A stretch of DNA of 64,000 bases from a virus (IMGVR_UViG_3300042484_003148:131284-195283), one strand, 5' to 3'; positions 48,004 through 57,567 are shown, numbered from the stretch's first letter. The notes: generated by a model not told the origin, from the letters alone. Made by a program: numbers and translations.

Positions 48004-50955
48004 ATGTTTAATAACAAACCTAAAGAAATTGAATTGATAAATGAAGGTTTAATTCCAAGTATATTATCACATCAAGAAATGTTAAAAATGGGTGCGACAG
48101 GTGCTTTATCAAGAGCATTTGAAAGATATATTCTTTTAGATAAAATAGAAGGATTAGACCCAGAACCTTCTACATGGGGTGATGGTTATGAATTTAAAAA
48201 AGGTGAAGAAATTAAAAGTTCAATCGAAGTTATTTACGATAAAGACCGTGATATTTATTTTTTACAAAACGGTAATCATCGCATTAAACAAGCTAGAGTT
48301 AACGGTGATAAATATATACGTGCATTTATACAACCAGATAATGGTAAAATAGGTAATGATGCAAAATTATCTATAAGTGAATCATTAAATGAAACACGAC
48401 TTAACGAAGGTTACGAAGAAATTAAAGATATTAATGAATTAGCTAATGATATTATATATTCATTAAGTTATAAATTAAATGCAACAAAAACACCTAGTAA
48501 AAGTAACCCAGGTACATATTTATATGAATTTAATAAAGCTATTACTACAATAGAAGAATCTATTAATTTTCAAAAAACTGTTAAATATCAAAATTTTACA
48601 TCTAATAATTTTAAAAACTTTTGTGATAAGTTTAAAAATATTTCAATTACTTTTGAAAAAGGTTCAAAGGATAATGAAGGTAGATACAATCTTAATACTA
48701 AGAGTATTATATTATTTATTACAGATGAAAAAGAACTAGAAATTAATCAAGATTTAAATATTGATAATAAAGTTACAACTACTAAAGATATATATTTTAA
48801 AATTCATGGTAAGTTCATTTCTATATTAGAACATGAATTACAACATGTTTATGATGACTATATTTCAAAAGGTCAAGCTTTTAATGTTAAACAAACTAAA
48901 CATGAATACGATTATACTCAATTTGATGATGCTAAAGAATATTTAAATTTACCTTATGAAGTTAATGCTAGATTTACTCAAGCTATTAATAAAATTAATT
49001 TCTTAGAATTAGTGGATTTTACTGATGATAATAAACAAATTGAAAGACCTTATGAATTTAAAAAAGTATTACGTGATTTTTTATATCAATTTCCACATAA
49101 ACATTTGTTAAATCAAAATGTTAAAAATACTGTTATCAAAAGGTTATATAATATTTACAACAAAGCTATTGAAAAAGCTAAAACTGATGATAAAATTGAG
49201 TTAATTAAAGAAAATAACTTAGATTACACTACAACTGATGATAAAAATAATGTTTTAATTTATGTTGATGGTAATAAAATATTAAACAAATTAAAAACTG
49301 ATTCACCAGAGTTTGATATTACTAATAAAGATAACCAAATTGGTAATAGAGTTGAGAAAGCTAAAGAGTTTATTAGTAATTACAAAACCGACAAAAGACC
49401 AATTCACCCTACGACAGGTGAAAGAATAGATTATTTAGGTAAACATAGTTTTGAACCTTCAGTTGCATCTTTTGATATGAATGGTAAGTTAGGTTTTACT
49501 GACGGTAGACATAGAATATTAGCAGCAATTGAATCTGGAATAAACAAAGTAGGTGTATTAGTACCTAAAAACCAAGTAGATATGTTTAAAGATTTAATAA
49601 ACGAATCCAACTCACAACTTGAAGACACGTTTATTAAAATAAATTCACCAAATATTAAATCACACATTGATTCTTTAATTAATAAATACAGTGAGAAATC
49701 TGAGGTTATGAATTATATTAAACATGCTGATGAAGAATCAAATAAACCTGAGTATTCTATTTCATATACATATTGTAAAAAACTAATTAGTTTAGCTACT
49801 AATTTAAAAGACAAACATGGTCTTGATAAAGATAAATTTGAATTATATGGTGGTTTTCCTCTTATAAATTATTTATCAAAAGAACTAAATAATAAACGTG
49901 AAATAATATCACGTTCTAAAAAAATAAAAACTATGGCAGGATTTAATCACCAATATAACAAAGAACATGAAAGAGTTGGTTTAATTAAGAATGGTAAAAA
50001 ATATGTTGATAGAAATTTAAGAGAATGTATTGAATTAATTAAAGAATCTGAAGTTAAGGTAAATAAAGAAGCTTCATGTATTGTTTTATTAAATGAAGAC
50101 AAAAAAATATTATTACTTAAACGTAGTGATAAAACCCCTTGGGAACCTGGTAAATGGTCTTTAGTTGGTGGAAAGATTGATTTAGGTGAAAACGCTAAAG
50201 AAGCTGCTATTAGAGAATGTGGTGAGGAAACAGGTTTAGGTATCAAAGGAAATAAATTAATTTATTGTTTCACAATGAAAGAGGATGACTATGAAGTTAA
50301 TTTCTTTATTGGTGTTTCTGAAGGTAGTGATGTTAGATTAAATGGTGAACATACTGAATATAAATGGGTTAACCCAAATGAAATACCTGAACTAGAAACA
50401 GTACCTAATTTATTAGGTGAAATTAAAAAGTGTTTTGAAACGTTAAATGAAAATAAAGAAGAAACGGTTATTAACGAAGAATTCAATAAAACTGAATATT
50501 TAAAATGGAAACGTAATAATGTAACATATAGAGGAATTAAAGAATTAGGTCAAGATAACAATGTTTATGGTTCTTTTGGTAAAGGTTTATATACTGTACC
50601 AGCTAGCAATAAAGTTATGGCTAAAACTTTCGGAAAACTTTATTTTGTTGTAAATGGTATACCAAAAAATCCTAAAGTTGTTAATTCATTAAATGATGCT
50701 GAAATGTTCAGATATAATCTTATTAATGAATATTGTAAACAACATAATAACATTAAATCAGACGGATTTTTTGATGATAATACATCAATGGAAGCTGAAA
50801 TGTTAAAGCTTGGTTATGATGGTTTTGTTATTAAAGGTAGAGAAATGGTTAATTATAAACCTGAAAATGATAAGGTTAAATATTTTTCAAATGAAAACCA
50901 ATTAATTCAATATTATGAAAACTTTATCGAAAACAATAATTCTGTTATTAACTAA
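48004..50955 (+). CDS. large multidomain protein: two ParB-like nuclease domains, HExxH motif, NUDIX hydrolase domain, uncharacterised C-terminal domain
   Basis: 983 aa. ParB-like YFLQNGNHRIKQARVNGDKYIRAFI and LGFTDGRHRILAAIESGINKVGVLV. HELQH motif. Perfect Nudix box GGKIDLGENAKEAAIRECGEETGL (G-x5-E-x7-REUxEExGU). Confidence 0.65.
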   Translation: MFNNKPKEIELINEGLIPSILSHQEMLKMGATGALSRAFERYILLDKIEGLDPEPSTWGDGYEFKKGEEIKSSIEVIYDKDRDIYFLQNGNHRIKQARVNGDKYIRAFIQPDNGKIGNDAKLSISESLNETRLNEGYEEIKDINELANDIIYSLSYKLNATKTPSKSNPGTYLYEFNKAITTIEESINFQKTVKYQNFTSNNFKNFCDKFKNISITFEKGSKDNEGRYNLNTKSIILFITDEKELEINQDLNIDNKVTTTKDIYFKIHGKFISILEHELQHVYDDYISKGQAFNVKQTKHEYDYTQFDDAKEYLNLPYEVNARFTQAINKINFLELVDFTDDNKQIERPYEFKKVLRDFLYQFPHKHLLNQNVKNTVIKRLYNIYNKAIEKAKTDDKIELIKENNLDYTTTDDKNNVLIYVDGNKILNKLKTDSPEFDITNKDNQIGNRVEKAKEFISNYKTDKRPIHPTTGERIDYLGKHSFEPSVASFDMNGKLGFTDGRHRILAAIESGINKVGVLVPKNQVDMFKDLINESNSQLEDTFIKINSPNIKSHIDSLINKYSEKSEVMNYIKHADEESNKPEYSISYTYCKKLISLATNLKDKHGLDKDKFELYGGFPLINYLSKELNNKREIISRSKKIKTMAGFNHQYNKEHERVGLIKNGKKYVDRNLRECIELIKESEVKVNKEASCIVLLNEDKKILLLKRSDKTPWEPGKWSLVGGKIDLGENAKEAAIRECGEETGLGIKGNKLIYCFTMKEDDYEVNFFIGVSEGSDVRLNGEHTEYKWVNPNEIPELETVPNLLGEIKKCFETLNENKEETVINEEFNKTEYLKWKRNNVTYRGIKELGQDNNVYGSFGKGLYTVPASNKVMAKTFGKLYFVVNGIPKNPKVVNSLNDAEMFRYNLINEYCKQHNNIKSDGFFDDNTSMEAEMLKLGYDGFVIKGREMVNYKPENDKVKYFSNENQLIQYYENFIENNNSVIN

Positions 50956-50981
50956 ACTATTTAATTTAAACAACTAAAAAC

Positions 50982-51209
50982 ATGGCAATTATAAAATCAA
51001 AAGTTAAGGCTTCACAAACCTTACAAAAACCTGTATTAGAAGCAAAGAATGATTATAAAGAAGCGAAACAATACTCTATATCTGATACTTTGACAGCAAA
51101 TGGTGGTAAAAGTGATAACGGTAGTTTCTTGGATATTAGTCAACGAGCTAAATTGCAAGCGTCCAACATTTTCTCTGATAATTCTCCGTATGGAATGCCG
51201 TCTGACTGA
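50982..51209 (+). CDS. hypothetical protein
   Basis: 75-aa ORF. Confidence 0.35.
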   Translation: MAIIKSKVKASQTLQKPVLEAKNDYKEAKQYSISDTLTANGGKSDNGSFLDISQRAKLQASNIFSDNSPYGMPSD

Positions 51210-51285
51210 AAATCAATAACTTACAAAACAAAAACCCTTATCTAAATTATTCAGATAAGGGTTTTCTATTTTAAATAGTTGTTAA

Positions 51286-51792
51286 TTACTTAACAAAACC
51301 TTTTTTCTTATGTTCAATATAATGTTTTGTTTTAAAATAATCAACATAAGTTTTTCCATTAAACACTAATACACCTTGAGGTTGACCTGGTGTAATTCCA
51401 ATATGTAACCAATCTGGCATAACGACATCACCTTTCTCCCAAATAAGTTTTGTGAATTTTAAAGTTTTTCTGTTATTAACCAACCAAAAGAAAACTTGGT
51501 CACTTATTTCTTTACCATCCTTAATGAAAGTTTCATCAAATGCCTGACCATCTAAATGTTGTGATTTTTTAGCTGCACCTGGAATAGCATCGTTAACACG
51601 TTTACAACGATAAGCAACGGTTGGTGAAAATGACCCAAATTGTTTTCTAATTGGTTCGGCTACTTCAATAGCTAATAATTTAAGATTTTCTATAATATTA
51701 GCTGGTGGATTAAATTGTTCTTTAATCCCAAGACGCATTGCAGTTGCTGAAGAAGTAAATTCCCTCAGACTAAAATTTTCTGATAATTGCAT
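51286..51792 (-). CDS. endolysin, peptidase M15 family (L-alanyl-D-glutamate peptidase-like)
   Basis: 168 aa. FSLREF...EPIRKQFGSFSPTVAYRC...SQHLDGQAFD...WLHIG match the M15 zinc-peptidase motifs (SxHxxGxAxD, WxH). Confidence 0.7.
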   Translation of the reverse strand: MQLSENFSLREFTSSATAMRLGIKEQFNPPANIIENLKLLAIEVAEPIRKQFGSFSPTVAYRCKRVNDAIPGAAKKSQHLDGQAFDETFIKDGKEISDQVFFWLVNNRKTLKFTKLIWEKGDVVMPDWLHIGITPGQPQGVLVFNGKTYVDYFKTKHYIEHKKKGFVK

Positions 51793-51816
51793 AGTTTAAA
51801 ATATTTTTAATAAATA

Positions 51817-51857
51817 GTTTAGGTTTACTGAAACCTTTTCTATAACTTTGCGTTCAA
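51817..51857 (+). promoter_or_regulatory. early promoter-like element, exact 41-nt duplicate (copy 1)
   Basis: CTGAAACCTTTTCTATAACTTTGCGTTCAAGAACATATAAT; identical to 52339..52379; contains TAacTTTG. Confidence 0.5.
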
Positions 51858-51877
51858 GAACATATAATTTATATAAA

Positions 51878-52339
51878 ATGGTAATAACTGAAGAAGTAGC
51901 TGAATTTTGTTTAAACAACAATCTAACATTTAACCAATTCTTTGGAATTGAAAAAATTATTGGTTCTTTAGATTTAAGTAAAGTTAAACATTTACCTAAA
52001 GGGTTTGAACCTGTTATAGAAGGTTCATTATATTTAAACTCATTAAAAAGTATTGAATACAAGACACGTTTTATTGTTAGTGAACGATTACATTTACCAT
52101 CATTAAGATATTTATGCACTGATTGTGTATTATTTGTTCTTGGGACAATTTATTTATCAAATTTAAAGTCAATTCCTAGCAGAACTACAATTGTAACAAA
52201 TACTGTTTTAGATATTATGAATTGTATATTTATAACAGATAGTTCAGTTATAATAAGTAAAGAGTATATTATTAATAACAATAATTTAAAAATAAATAAT
52301 GTTATTTCCTTTGAAAAATTAGTTGATAATTTAAAATAA
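51878..52339 (+). CDS. hypothetical protein with leucine-rich-repeat-like segments (start moved to first ATG)
   Basis: The ORF-track start is a TTG inside the duplicated promoter element; the ATG is at 51878. This reading was chosen over the overlapping minus-strand ORF 51796..52119. Confidence 0.4.
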   Translation: MVITEEVAEFCLNNNLTFNQFFGIEKIIGSLDLSKVKHLPKGFEPVIEGSLYLNSLKSIEYKTRFIVSERLHLPSLRYLCTDCVLFVLGTIYLSNLKSIPSRTTIVTNTVLDIMNCIFITDSSVIISKEYIINNNNLKINNVISFEKLVDNLK

Positions 52340-52379
52340 ACTGAAACCTTTTCTATAACTTTGCGTTCAAGAACATATA
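52339..52379 (+). promoter_or_regulatory. early promoter-like element, exact 41-nt duplicate (copy 2)
   Basis: Identical 41-mer to 51817..51857. Confidence 0.5.
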
Positions 52380-52399
52380 ATCAAAATATAAATAAAGAA

Positions 52400-52972
52400 A
52401 TGAAAAAAACTAAATTCGATGTGTTTGTTGGTGACACTTATATTACAACTATTAATCCAACTTTAATTAAAAGACAAAACATTGATTCAGATGGTTTAAA
52501 ACTTATCAAGGAATTACATAAAATAAAATATTCTGTTTTAAAACAAATGGAAGAAACAGATGATTCTGATAAGTTAAAAGAATTGGGTAAAAGTATTACT
52601 GATATCGAATTTAAGTTACAAAAAGCTTGGGGTTTTAAAGAAGATATTAATTTTCATAGATTCTGGGATGTCCCTAAATGTGAATGTCCAAAAATGGATA
52701 ATGAAGATAGTTACCCTTCTGGTCATTATGTAATAAATCAAAATTGCCCAGTACACTGTGTTTTCCATAGTTCTATTGAATCAGAATTAGAAAGTGATAA
52801 CAACATAACAGAATTTGTTTTGAACGCTAAGAATGATGTTAAAACAGCAAATATTGAAGAGTTAACAAAAGGTGCAAGTTACCTTGCTAAAATAGCTGAT
52901 TTAGTAGGTAAAGGTGACTTAACAAAAATTAACGATTTAAAGAAAGCTATTAATTCAATTAATCTTAATTAA
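52400..52972 (+). CDS. hypothetical Cys-rich protein (start moved to first ATG)
   Basis: MKKTKFDV...; contains CECPKMDNEDSYPSGHYVINQNCPVHC. Confidence 0.45.
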   Translation: MKKTKFDVFVGDTYITTINPTLIKRQNIDSDGLKLIKELHKIKYSVLKQMEETDDSDKLKELGKSITDIEFKLQKAWGFKEDINFHRFWDVPKCECPKMDNEDSYPSGHYVINQNCPVHCVFHSSIESELESDNNITEFVLNAKNDVKTANIEELTKGASYLAKIADLVGKGDLTKINDLKKAINSINLN

Positions 52973-52974
52973 AA

Positions 52975-53355
52975 ATGAATCAAATCCAAGAAGTAATCAA
53001 ACAAATAAAAACTTCAATTCAGTTAATTGAAGAAAAACAATACCAACGTGCTAAACAAATATTGGTTGATTTGGCTGGAACTAATTATTCTTTATTAGAA
53101 GAATATAATAAGGAATTCGGTGAGATAGATACATTAATTAGAGAACAAGAAGACTTAAAAACTGAAGTTCGAGATTTGGAATCTAAAATTGAAGATAAAG
53201 ATACTGAAATTGATGAAAAAGAAGATGAAATTACATCTTTAGAAAATGATATTCTTCAACTTAATAGTAAAATTCAAGAATTAGAACAAGAAGTCGAAAT
53301 GTTGACTGATGAAAAGAATAGTTTAGAACTAAAATTATTTGATTTCAGAAATTAA
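52975..53355 (+). CDS. coiled-coil protein
   Basis: 126 aa, acidic heptad repeats. Confidence 0.45.
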   Translation: MNQIQEVIKQIKTSIQLIEEKQYQRAKQILVDLAGTNYSLLEEYNKEFGEIDTLIREQEDLKTEVRDLESKIEDKDTEIDEKEDEITSLENDILQLNSKIQELEQEVEMLTDEKNSLELKLFDFRN

Positions 53356-53435
53356 ATATAAAATATATTAACATAATATTTGTTTATTATGTTTTCAATA
53401 ACTAAATTTGCACTATCAATTTAAACAATTAACTA

Positions 53436-54143
53436 ATGCAGTTCACACACGAATACAATTTAATCAAAATATTTCAGGAATCATTCTCATTTCCTGTTCT
53501 TTGTTATTCACCGTTAAATAACAAAACAATTACATTAAGACATAACTTAATTAAAGAAGAAGCTGAAGAAACACAAGAAGGTATCGAACTTTACTTACAA
53601 AGAATTAAAGAAAATGTTTTACAACCAAAAGATGACTCTTTAGTTGAGATAGCGGATGGTTTAGGTGACTTAACCGTTGTAACATTAGGTAGTTTATTTA
53701 CATTCGGTTTATCTGTTGATTTAGAACTAGGTAAGAAATTTAGTTTACAAGCTCCCATGTATTTTAGAGATGATACTAGCACTATCATCTACCTTTTAGA
53801 TAATTATATTTTAAAAGAATATGATGATTCAGTTAGTTTAGAAGATTATCATGGTGCTTTAAATTTAATTCTTTTAGAAATTAAAAGACTTTGGAATGTT
53901 TTCTTACCTAAAGTATCTTTTAAAGACATATATGAAGAAATTCATAATTCAAACATGTCAAAAGCTTGTGAGACAGAAGAAACAGCTTTAAAAACAATTG
54001 CACAACCTCAATATAAAGATGTTAATTTATCTTACACTGTAACAGATGGTAGATATTTTGTTAGACGTGACGATAACAAACTAATCAAAAGTTGCGATTA
54101 TAAACCTGCTAATTTAAGTCCTATTGTTTATGAAACTAAATAG
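53436..54143 (+). CDS. MazG-like nucleotide pyrophosphohydrolase (putative)
   Basis: KEEAEETQEGIE and LVEIADGLGDLTVVTLGS resemble the EExxE and ExxDxL motifs of all-alpha NTP pyrophosphatases. Confidence 0.45.
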   Translation: MQFTHEYNLIKIFQESFSFPVLCYSPLNNKTITLRHNLIKEEAEETQEGIELYLQRIKENVLQPKDDSLVEIADGLGDLTVVTLGSLFTFGLSVDLELGKKFSLQAPMYFRDDTSTIIYLLDNYILKEYDDSVSLEDYHGALNLILLEIKRLWNVFLPKVSFKDIYEEIHNSNMSKACETEETALKTIAQPQYKDVNLSYTVTDGRYFVRRDDNKLIKSCDYKPANLSPIVYETK

Positions 54144-54432
54144 ATTATCAGAAAAAACTCTTCAAGAAACTGAAAATCTTGAAGAGTTGTATTACAAAAT
54201 GTTCTTCACAGTTGATGGTGAATTTATTGGTCCAGTTGGATGTAAAACATTTGAAGATTTTTACAATCTGTATTGTTTCTTTACAGAACATATTTGTAAA
54301 CTAATTCCTGATATAACTTTAGGTGAGTTTCTAAAATTCGATAGGAACTACTCAAAGTTACAAGAAATTTATACATGGAAAAACACCGAGTTTTACATTA
54401 AAGCTCTTGAATTTGAAATAAACAAAAAATAA
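54124..54432 (+). CDS. hypothetical protein
   Basis: 102-aa ORF. Confidence 0.4.
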   Translation: MFMKLNRLSEKTLQETENLEELYYKMFFTVDGEFIGPVGCKTFEDFYNLYCFFTEHICKLIPDITLGEFLKFDRNYSKLQEIYTWKNTEFYIKALEFEINKK

Positions 54433-54436
54433 ACCG

Positions 54437-54715
54437 ATGGGATATAATTTTAAAAAGAAAACAGTTGTTTGTGATTGTGAATGTCAGCGTGGTTCAAACT
54501 GTGGACGAAAAACTTGTTTTATGTTTAGATACGGAACAAATACTGATATAGGTGATTTATACATTAAAGACATACCACCAAATACTGAAAATGAAGATTC
54601 ATTACCATATCAACACATTAGAACATTCACCGATGATGAAATATCCGCTATATGTAGTGTAATGGAAGGTGGTCAAAGCGAGGAAGAAATAACTAAAAAC
54701 GATAAATTAGCTTAA
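54437..54715 (+). CDS. hypothetical Cys-rich protein
   Basis: 92-aa ORF with CDCECQRGSNCGRKTC. Confidence 0.4.
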   Translation: MGYNFKKKTVVCDCECQRGSNCGRKTCFMFRYGTNTDIGDLYIKDIPPNTENEDSLPYQHIRTFTDDEISAICSVMEGGQSEEEITKNDKLA

Positions 54716-54776
54716 AAATATTAGGTTATTTAAAACCTTTTAATTAATTTTACGTTCAAGATAAAAACAAATTATT

Positions 54777-55646
54777 ATGTTTATAAAATCAACAAACGAT
54801 TTCGAGAAAATTTACCAAGATATGTTTCAAGCCATTCATCAATATGGTGAATGGTCAACTGAAAAAGTACGTACCAAATACATAGATGGTACACCAGCTA
54901 AAAGAAAACAAATAATTGGTTATCAATTTAAATTTGATAACTCTACTGATGTAGTACCATTAGTTAGAAGTAGATTCATTCCTACTAAAGATGCTTTACG
55001 TGAGATGCAGTGGATTTGGATTATGCAATCTAACAAAGTACAAGACCTTAGAGATTTGGGTTGTAAATATTGGAACCAATGGGAGAAGGAAGATGGTACG
55101 ATAGGTCCATCTTATGGACATCAAATAGCTAAGTCTGTTTTCGGACACAAAAACCAATTAGATTATATTCTACATGAATTAAAAAACAATCCGGATTCAA
55201 CTAGAATATTAACTGAACTTTGGAACACTAGTGATATTGATAACATGTCATTAACACCATGTATTCATTTAACACAATGGTCTGTTAATAATGGTAAAGT
55301 TCATTTAGAAGTTAGAGCAAGAAGCCAGGATTTTGCTTTAGGTTTATGTTCTAATGTATATCAGTATTCGATTTTACATAAAAAAGTTTGTCAACAAATA
55401 GGTTTACCAGCTGGTGATATGTTATATACTATTCATAATTTACATTATTATGACCGACATGAAGAGAATTTATTAAAACAATTTTCTGTTTATAATAATG
55501 AAATTAAAGGTTCTAAACTAGATGTTTTATCAACAGCTAACCTAACCAAACTAGATAGTATCTATGATTTTGTTGCTGATAAACATGTTGAATTAATAAC
55601 GACCAACAAAGAATTACCAAAATATAAGTTTGAAATAGCAATATAA
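54777..55646 (+). CDS. thymidylate synthase family protein (ThyA or pyrimidine hydroxymethylase)
   Basis: 289 aa. EMQWIWIMQSN, GTIGPSYGHQ, PDSTRILTELWN, TPCIHLTQW (PCH catalytic Cys region), and SQDFALGLCSNVYQYSIL against the canonical QRS.D..LG.PFNIASYALL. Confidence 0.65.
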   Translation: MFIKSTNDFEKIYQDMFQAIHQYGEWSTEKVRTKYIDGTPAKRKQIIGYQFKFDNSTDVVPLVRSRFIPTKDALREMQWIWIMQSNKVQDLRDLGCKYWNQWEKEDGTIGPSYGHQIAKSVFGHKNQLDYILHELKNNPDSTRILTELWNTSDIDNMSLTPCIHLTQWSVNNGKVHLEVRARSQDFALGLCSNVYQYSILHKKVCQQIGLPAGDMLYTIHNLHYYDRHEENLLKQFSVYNNEIKGSKLDVLSTANLTKLDSIYDFVADKHVELITTNKELPKYKFEIAI

Positions 55647-55648
55647 CT

Positions 55649-56056
55649 ATGAAAAAAATAGCAATGTATGACCTTGAAGGTTATCTACTAGAGGTATTTG
55701 AAGTTGAGACTTACGTTGAACTTGAAAGACAATTAAAACTACCTCAAGCAAGTATTTACTCTTGTGTTAATAACAGACAACATCAGGTTAAGAATAGACA
55801 GTTTAAAGAGATAAAAGGTGAAAGAGTTGCATTGCAAAAAATAGGCGATGTGTCAATGTTAGTCAATGGAAGTACAGAGTATAAAACAATACTTAAACTA
55901 TACAAAGAACGTGTAATATGTGCTTATGAATCTTTGCAAGAAGCTTCTTTTAAAAACAAAATAAGTGACACTTCTATAAAAATTTGTCTTAATGGTAAAA
56001 CTAGCAATGCTGGAGGGTTTGAATGGAAATATGCAGATAGTTTAAATGATAATTAA
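55649..56056 (+). CDS. NUMOD-like DNA-binding protein (homing-endonuclease DNA-binding module without an obvious nuclease domain)
   Basis: 135 aa. Two HTH-like segments ending NRQFKEI and SIKICLNGKTSNAGGFEWKY (the GISxxxIsxxLxGKxKxAGGFxW pattern of NUMOD1/IENR modules). Confidence 0.45.
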   Translation: MKKIAMYDLEGYLLEVFEVETYVELERQLKLPQASIYSCVNNRQHQVKNRQFKEIKGERVALQKIGDVSMLVNGSTEYKTILKLYKERVICAYESLQEASFKNKISDTSIKICLNGKTSNAGGFEWKYADSLNDN

Positions 56057-56228
56057 TATGATTAAAAGAATTATCCAACAAATCATAGACAAATTGTTTT
56101 GTTTACATGAATATGAAGAAAAACATTATAGAAACGTAATGGAAAATGAAAGTGACACTTTACCGTTATATTCTAAAGTAACATACATGTGCAAAAAATG
56201 TGGCAAGATTAAACAAATTAAACTTTAA
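56046..56228 (+). CDS. small zinc-ribbon protein
   Basis: 60 aa: CLHEY...CKKCGK. Confidence 0.35.
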   Translation: MIINMIKRIIQQIIDKLFCLHEYEEKHYRNVMENESDTLPLYSKVTYMCKKCGKIKQIKL

Positions 56229-56230
56229 CT

Positions 56231-56485
56231 ATGCAAAAGATTACCTGCATTAACGATAAAAACAAACCCAATGATATTTCTAACAAACATTGGATTAAAG
56301 CTGAACAAGAATACACACCTGTTAAGATTATTAGGTCAAAATTAACCGGAGACCATTATTTTGTTTTAGAGGAAGTTAAACCCGACAACCCTTTGTATGG
56401 TGGTTATAATGTAAACAGATTTGCAATCAGAGTTTCGATAAAAGATTTTATTGAAGAAAACGAACTTGAATTAATTGAGAAATAG
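56231..56485 (+). CDS. hypothetical protein
   Basis: 84-aa ORF. Confidence 0.4.
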   Translation: MQKITCINDKNKPNDISNKHWIKAEQEYTPVKIIRSKLTGDHYFVLEEVKPDNPLYGGYNVNRFAIRVSIKDFIEENELELIEK

Positions 56486-56487
56486 TT

Positions 56488-56610
56488 ATGAATAAAAAAT
56501 TTATTGCAACTCTTATTATACTAGCTGTTGTTACAACAATGTGTTTTGTTTTAACAAGTTGTAGAAAGAAACCTGCTTCATGTCCGACATTTAATTATTG
56601 TAAACGATGA
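56488..56610 (+). CDS. small lipoprotein (40 aa)
   Basis: MNKKFIATLIILAVVTTMCFVLTSC has a lipobox; ATGA overlap with the 56607 gene. Confidence 0.3.
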   Translation: MNKKFIATLIILAVVTTMCFVLTSCRKKPASCPTFNYCKR

Positions 56611-57071
56611 GAATATATAATTCTAACAACATAATTAGATATAAAAATAATTATTATTGTAAGGTTAAAATTAAAACAGTTAACATACAGTTTAAATATT
56701 TAACTAAGTCACCAATCTTAGTTGTTGAAGATGAACCTTATATGTTAGGTGAACCTGTTTGTTTATTTGAAACAGATAATAAGAAAATAACTGAATCTTG
56801 TCATATAGTTGAATACCAAGGGCAAGAAGAACATTTATTAAACAAATTTGTTCCTTACAATATACCTGATAGTTTATCTAATTTACATGACACTAACGAA
56901 ATACAAGATTTTAATGTGTTATTAATTAAAGCTAAAAAAGTATTTGGTTTATATTTCATTGATGAACAAGATGATAATATTATATTTGAATCAACATTTA
57001 AAGATTTTCATAAAATAGAAACTAAATTTGAAAAATGGTTTTATAATTTTAAAGAAAAATATTTTATATAA
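56607..57071 (+). CDS. hypothetical protein
   Basis: 154-aa ORF. Confidence 0.4.
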   Translation: MRIYNSNNIIRYKNNYYCKVKIKTVNIQFKYLTKSPILVVEDEPYMLGEPVCLFETDNKKITESCHIVEYQGQEEHLLNKFVPYNIPDSLSNLHDTNEIQDFNVLLIKAKKVFGLYFIDEQDDNIIFESTFKDFHKIETKFEKWFYNFKEKYFI

Positions 57072-57113
57072 AATGTGTAACCTTATTAATTTGTTTGCGT
57101 TAAAGACTAATAT

Positions 57114-57296
57114 ATGAATTACAAAGAACTATTAAAAAATGCAGAAGAATATTACTCTGGTAATAAAATGAAATTAGATAACAGACATATTGTTACTATC
57201 AAAAGTTTAACTCCAAACTTTATGTTTTCAACAGTTTATGTTGATAATGAAAATGATTCTTGGGATGTTATGTCAAATAGGTTAAAAAAGATTTAA
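57114..57296 (+). CDS. hypothetical protein
   Basis: 60-aa ORF preceded by an early promoter motif. Confidence 0.35.
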   Translation: MNYKELLKNAEEYYSGNKMKLDNRHIVTIKSLTPNFMFSTVYVDNENDSWDVMSNRLKKI

Positions 57297-57357
57297 AATA
57301 ATTTTGTTTTATCGAAAACTAATTGTAAGTTTGTAAAGTCATTAATTTATTAAGGAA

Positions 57358-57567
57358 ATGTTAAAGAATATTATCATAATTATTATCGCTCTAGTTGTAA
57401 TTTTAAATCTAATATTAACAGGGTTTAAATTACTATCCGAACCAAATGATTTAGCTTTCTATTTTGGTTTTGTTGTGTTGTTCGTTTTACCTGCAACAAT
57501 TATTTATCTTACATATCAAATCATTAAAAAATCGTTTAAAAACAAAAATGAAAAAGTTAATCTTTAA
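57358..57567 (+). CDS. small membrane protein
   Basis: 69 aa with two hydrophobic helices. Confidence 0.4.
   Translation: MLKNIIIIIIALVVILNLILTGFKLLSEPNDLAFYFGFVVLFVLPATIIYLTYQIIKKSFKNKNEKVNL

Noticed and set aside
50060-50955. Calling the C-terminus of the 983-aa protein an ADP-ribosyltransferase
   Set aside because: The R / S-x-S / E-x-E triad could not be convincingly placed by eye, so it is left as a hypothesis in the findings.
51796-52119. Minus-strand 107-aa ORF overlapping the 51878..52339 gene
   Set aside because: The plus-strand gene is preceded by the conserved early promoter motif. The minus-strand product is not holin-like despite sitting upstream of the endolysin.
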